This document shows positions 62,684 to 64,000 of a stretch of DNA of 64,000 bases, one piece after another. The position numbers and the translations under genes are program-made. The DNA is from Acidimicrobiia bacterium (GTDB lineage Bacteria > Actinomycetota > Acidimicrobiia > IMCC26256 > PALSA-610), in NCBI GenBank assembly GCA_038240075.1, contig JBBSEC010000005.1, forward strand, positions 4,111-68,110, in the 5' to 3' direction. The stretch's first letter is position 1. Each line of letters begins with the position of its first letter. Under the pieces are notes generated by a model. That model was not told the origin of the DNA. It saw nothing but the letters and a program-made list of their open reading frames with translations, and did no database searches.

Positions 62684-62884
62684 TCAGATCAAGCGAACGT
62701 TCTGAGCTTCCTCGCCCTTGCGACCGGGGCCGACGTCGAACTCGACGTTCTGGCCCTCGGTGAGTGTCCGATACCCCTGGCCCTGGATGGCTGAATAGTG
62801 CACGAACACGTCGGGGCCATCCGTACGGGAGATGAAGCCGTAGCCCTTCTCCGCGTTGAACCACTTGACGGAGCCTGTTGCCAA
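62684..62884 (-). CDS. csp: Cold-shock protein (CspA family)
   Basis: [33 protein letters not shown] contains the RNP1/RNP2 motifs. The only available start is TTG 62884, 8 nt after GGGAG; an in-frame TAG lies just upstream. Confidence 0.93.
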   Translation of the reverse strand: MATGSVKWFNAEKGYGFISRTDGPDVFVHYSAIQGQGYRTLTEGQNVEFDVGPGRKGEEAQNVRLI

Positions 62885-63005
62885 CTCAGTGACTCCCTAC
62901 TTGCACGCGTCGATCCCGCTCGGACCGAGTCGACCTTGTATCGGGTCGCGCCGGGCACGGTAGCAGGAGACTTCCCGCGCCAACAGAGGGAACTTCGTGA
63001 GCGTT

Positions 63006-63386
63006 TCAGGTGCCGTAGTGGCGCAACTCAACGGTGTTTCCGTCGGGATCACGGACGTAGAGCGACGTGCCCGTGCCTCGCGCACCGAAGCGCGGCGCGG
63101 GCCCGCTGACGACATCGAAACGACCCGATGTTGCGAGGGCCGCGAGGTCTTGCGGCTCGACGACGAGACACAGGTGATCCACGTTCGTGCCCGACCGGTC
63201 GCCCTGGAGGAGGTCGATGATCGTGTCGTCGCTCACCCGTACCGAGGGGAAGAACACCTCGCCCCGCCGCCATTCCTCCACCCGCTCCCCCGCGAGCCCC
63301 AGAGCGTCGCAGTACCAGGCAAGCGAGCGTTCGACGTCGGCGACGACGATCACGACATGGTCGAACCCGATGACCTTCGGTTCCAT
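63006..63386 (-). CDS. VOC (glyoxalase/dioxygenase) family protein
   Basis: MEPKVIGFDHVVIVVADVERSLAWYCDALGL...LYVRDPDGNTVEL. 126 aa. Confidence 0.85.
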   Translation of the reverse strand: MEPKVIGFDHVVIVVADVERSLAWYCDALGLAGERVEEWRRGEVFFPSVRVSDDTIIDLLQGDRSGTNVDHLCLVVEPQDLAALATSGRFDVVSGPAPRFGARGTGTSLYVRDPDGNTVELRHYGT

Positions 63387-63445
63387 GGCCCCGATTCTGC
63401 CGCGTCCCTGGCGTCAGGCACGACGCTCTGCAAGGATTCCGCTCC

Positions 63446-64000
63446 GTGAGGGGCGGGCGTTTCGTGGTCATGGCCGCATGCGTGGCGGCAGCGATGGTCG
63501 TCGTGCCCGCGGGCGCGGGCGCGGCGCTCGCATCGCGGGCGGCAACGACCGGCGATTGGGTCGAAGCCGGCTTCGACGCCGCGAACACGCACAACAACCC
63601 GAGCGAGACGGCGTTGAACACCGCGAACGTCGGCAACCTCGTTCCCAGCTGGAACAAGGCGGCTGCGGCCGGCAGCTCACCGCTCTCGATCGGCGACACC
63701 ATCTACGCGGAGTCGGCCACCGCGGTCAACAGCTTCAACCGTGTCAGCGGCAACCTCCAATGGAGCTTTCCGGCCGCCGGCAACAGTTTCGACAACGACG
63801 TGGCCTACGCCAATGGCGTTCTGTACGCGGCCCCGTTCACCAACGCGATCGGTGGCAAGTCGTTCCTGTACGCGCTCGACGCGACGACCGGCACGCTGCT
63901 GTGGAAGCACAAGACCACGAACTTCGGCGGTCGGCCGCTCGTCGTCGCCGACGGCGTCGTCTACTACTCCGACTTGCAACGCCACCTCTTCGCCATCGAT
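63446..64000 (+). CDS. Secreted PQQ-like/BamB-like beta-propeller repeat protein (5' part; runs off the window)
   Basis: Absent from the ORF track because there is no stop. GTG 63446 gives VRGGRFVVMAACVAAAMVVVPAGAGAALA (signal peptide). This is followed by ...ANGVLYAAP...LYALDATTGTLLWKH...VVADGVVYYSD...LFAID, which are typical PQQ-repeat blades. Confidence 0.75.
   Translation, partial: MRGGRFVVMAACVAAAMVVVPAGAGAALASRAATTGDWVEAGFDAANTHNNPSETALNTANVGNLVPSWNKAAAAGSSPLSIGDTIYAESATAVNSFNRVSGNLQWSFPAAGNSFDNDVAYANGVLYAAPFTNAIGGKSFLYALDATTGTLLWKHKTTNFGGRPLVVADGVVYYSDLQRHLFAID

Overview
This is a very GC-rich (about 70% by eye), gene-dense chromosomal segment of actinobacterial type. I can support about 66 protein-coding loci (five look decayed), one tRNA-Cys(GCA), one fluoride riboswitch, and a few repeats and regulatory sites. 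I saw no rRNA, CRISPR array, transposase, integrase or phage structural genes.

Content falls into four groups:
- Housekeeping genes: murT-gatD, plsY, a YihY-like gene, a crcB pair, csp and the tRNA.
- Redox and lipid-type catabolic genes: three LLM flavin/F420 oxidoreductases, two P450s, an HMGCS-like/DUF35 fusion with an SCP-x thiolase, crotonase and SDR, paired acyl-CoA dehydrogenases, an acyl-CoA synthetase, hydantoinase B/A and a GMC oxidoreductase.
- Envelope and signalling genes: two ECF sigma modules, a GGDEF-EAL protein, two stand-alone cNMP-binding proteins, and secreted proteins and lipoproteins.
- One DUF222-HNH (REP13E12-like) gene with atypical codon usage behind a LexA box.

I did not find a clear, self-contained novel multi-gene system. 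The most unusual observations are:
1. Two copies of a ~50-bp nested palindrome bracket a single permease gene.
2. An apparently catalytically degenerate HMG-CoA-synthase-like domain is fused to DUF35 next to a thiolase, with a 14-bp tandem duplication exactly at the gene junction.
3. An ECF sigma gene is translationally coupled to a membrane-anchored six-Asp-box propeller.
4. Five genes carry out-of-frame internal deletions or frameshifts.
5. A CTGAC-N6-GTCAG palindrome is shared by two divergent catabolic promoters.

Functional calls come from motifs I recognised by eye and from memory of protein families. No database search was run.
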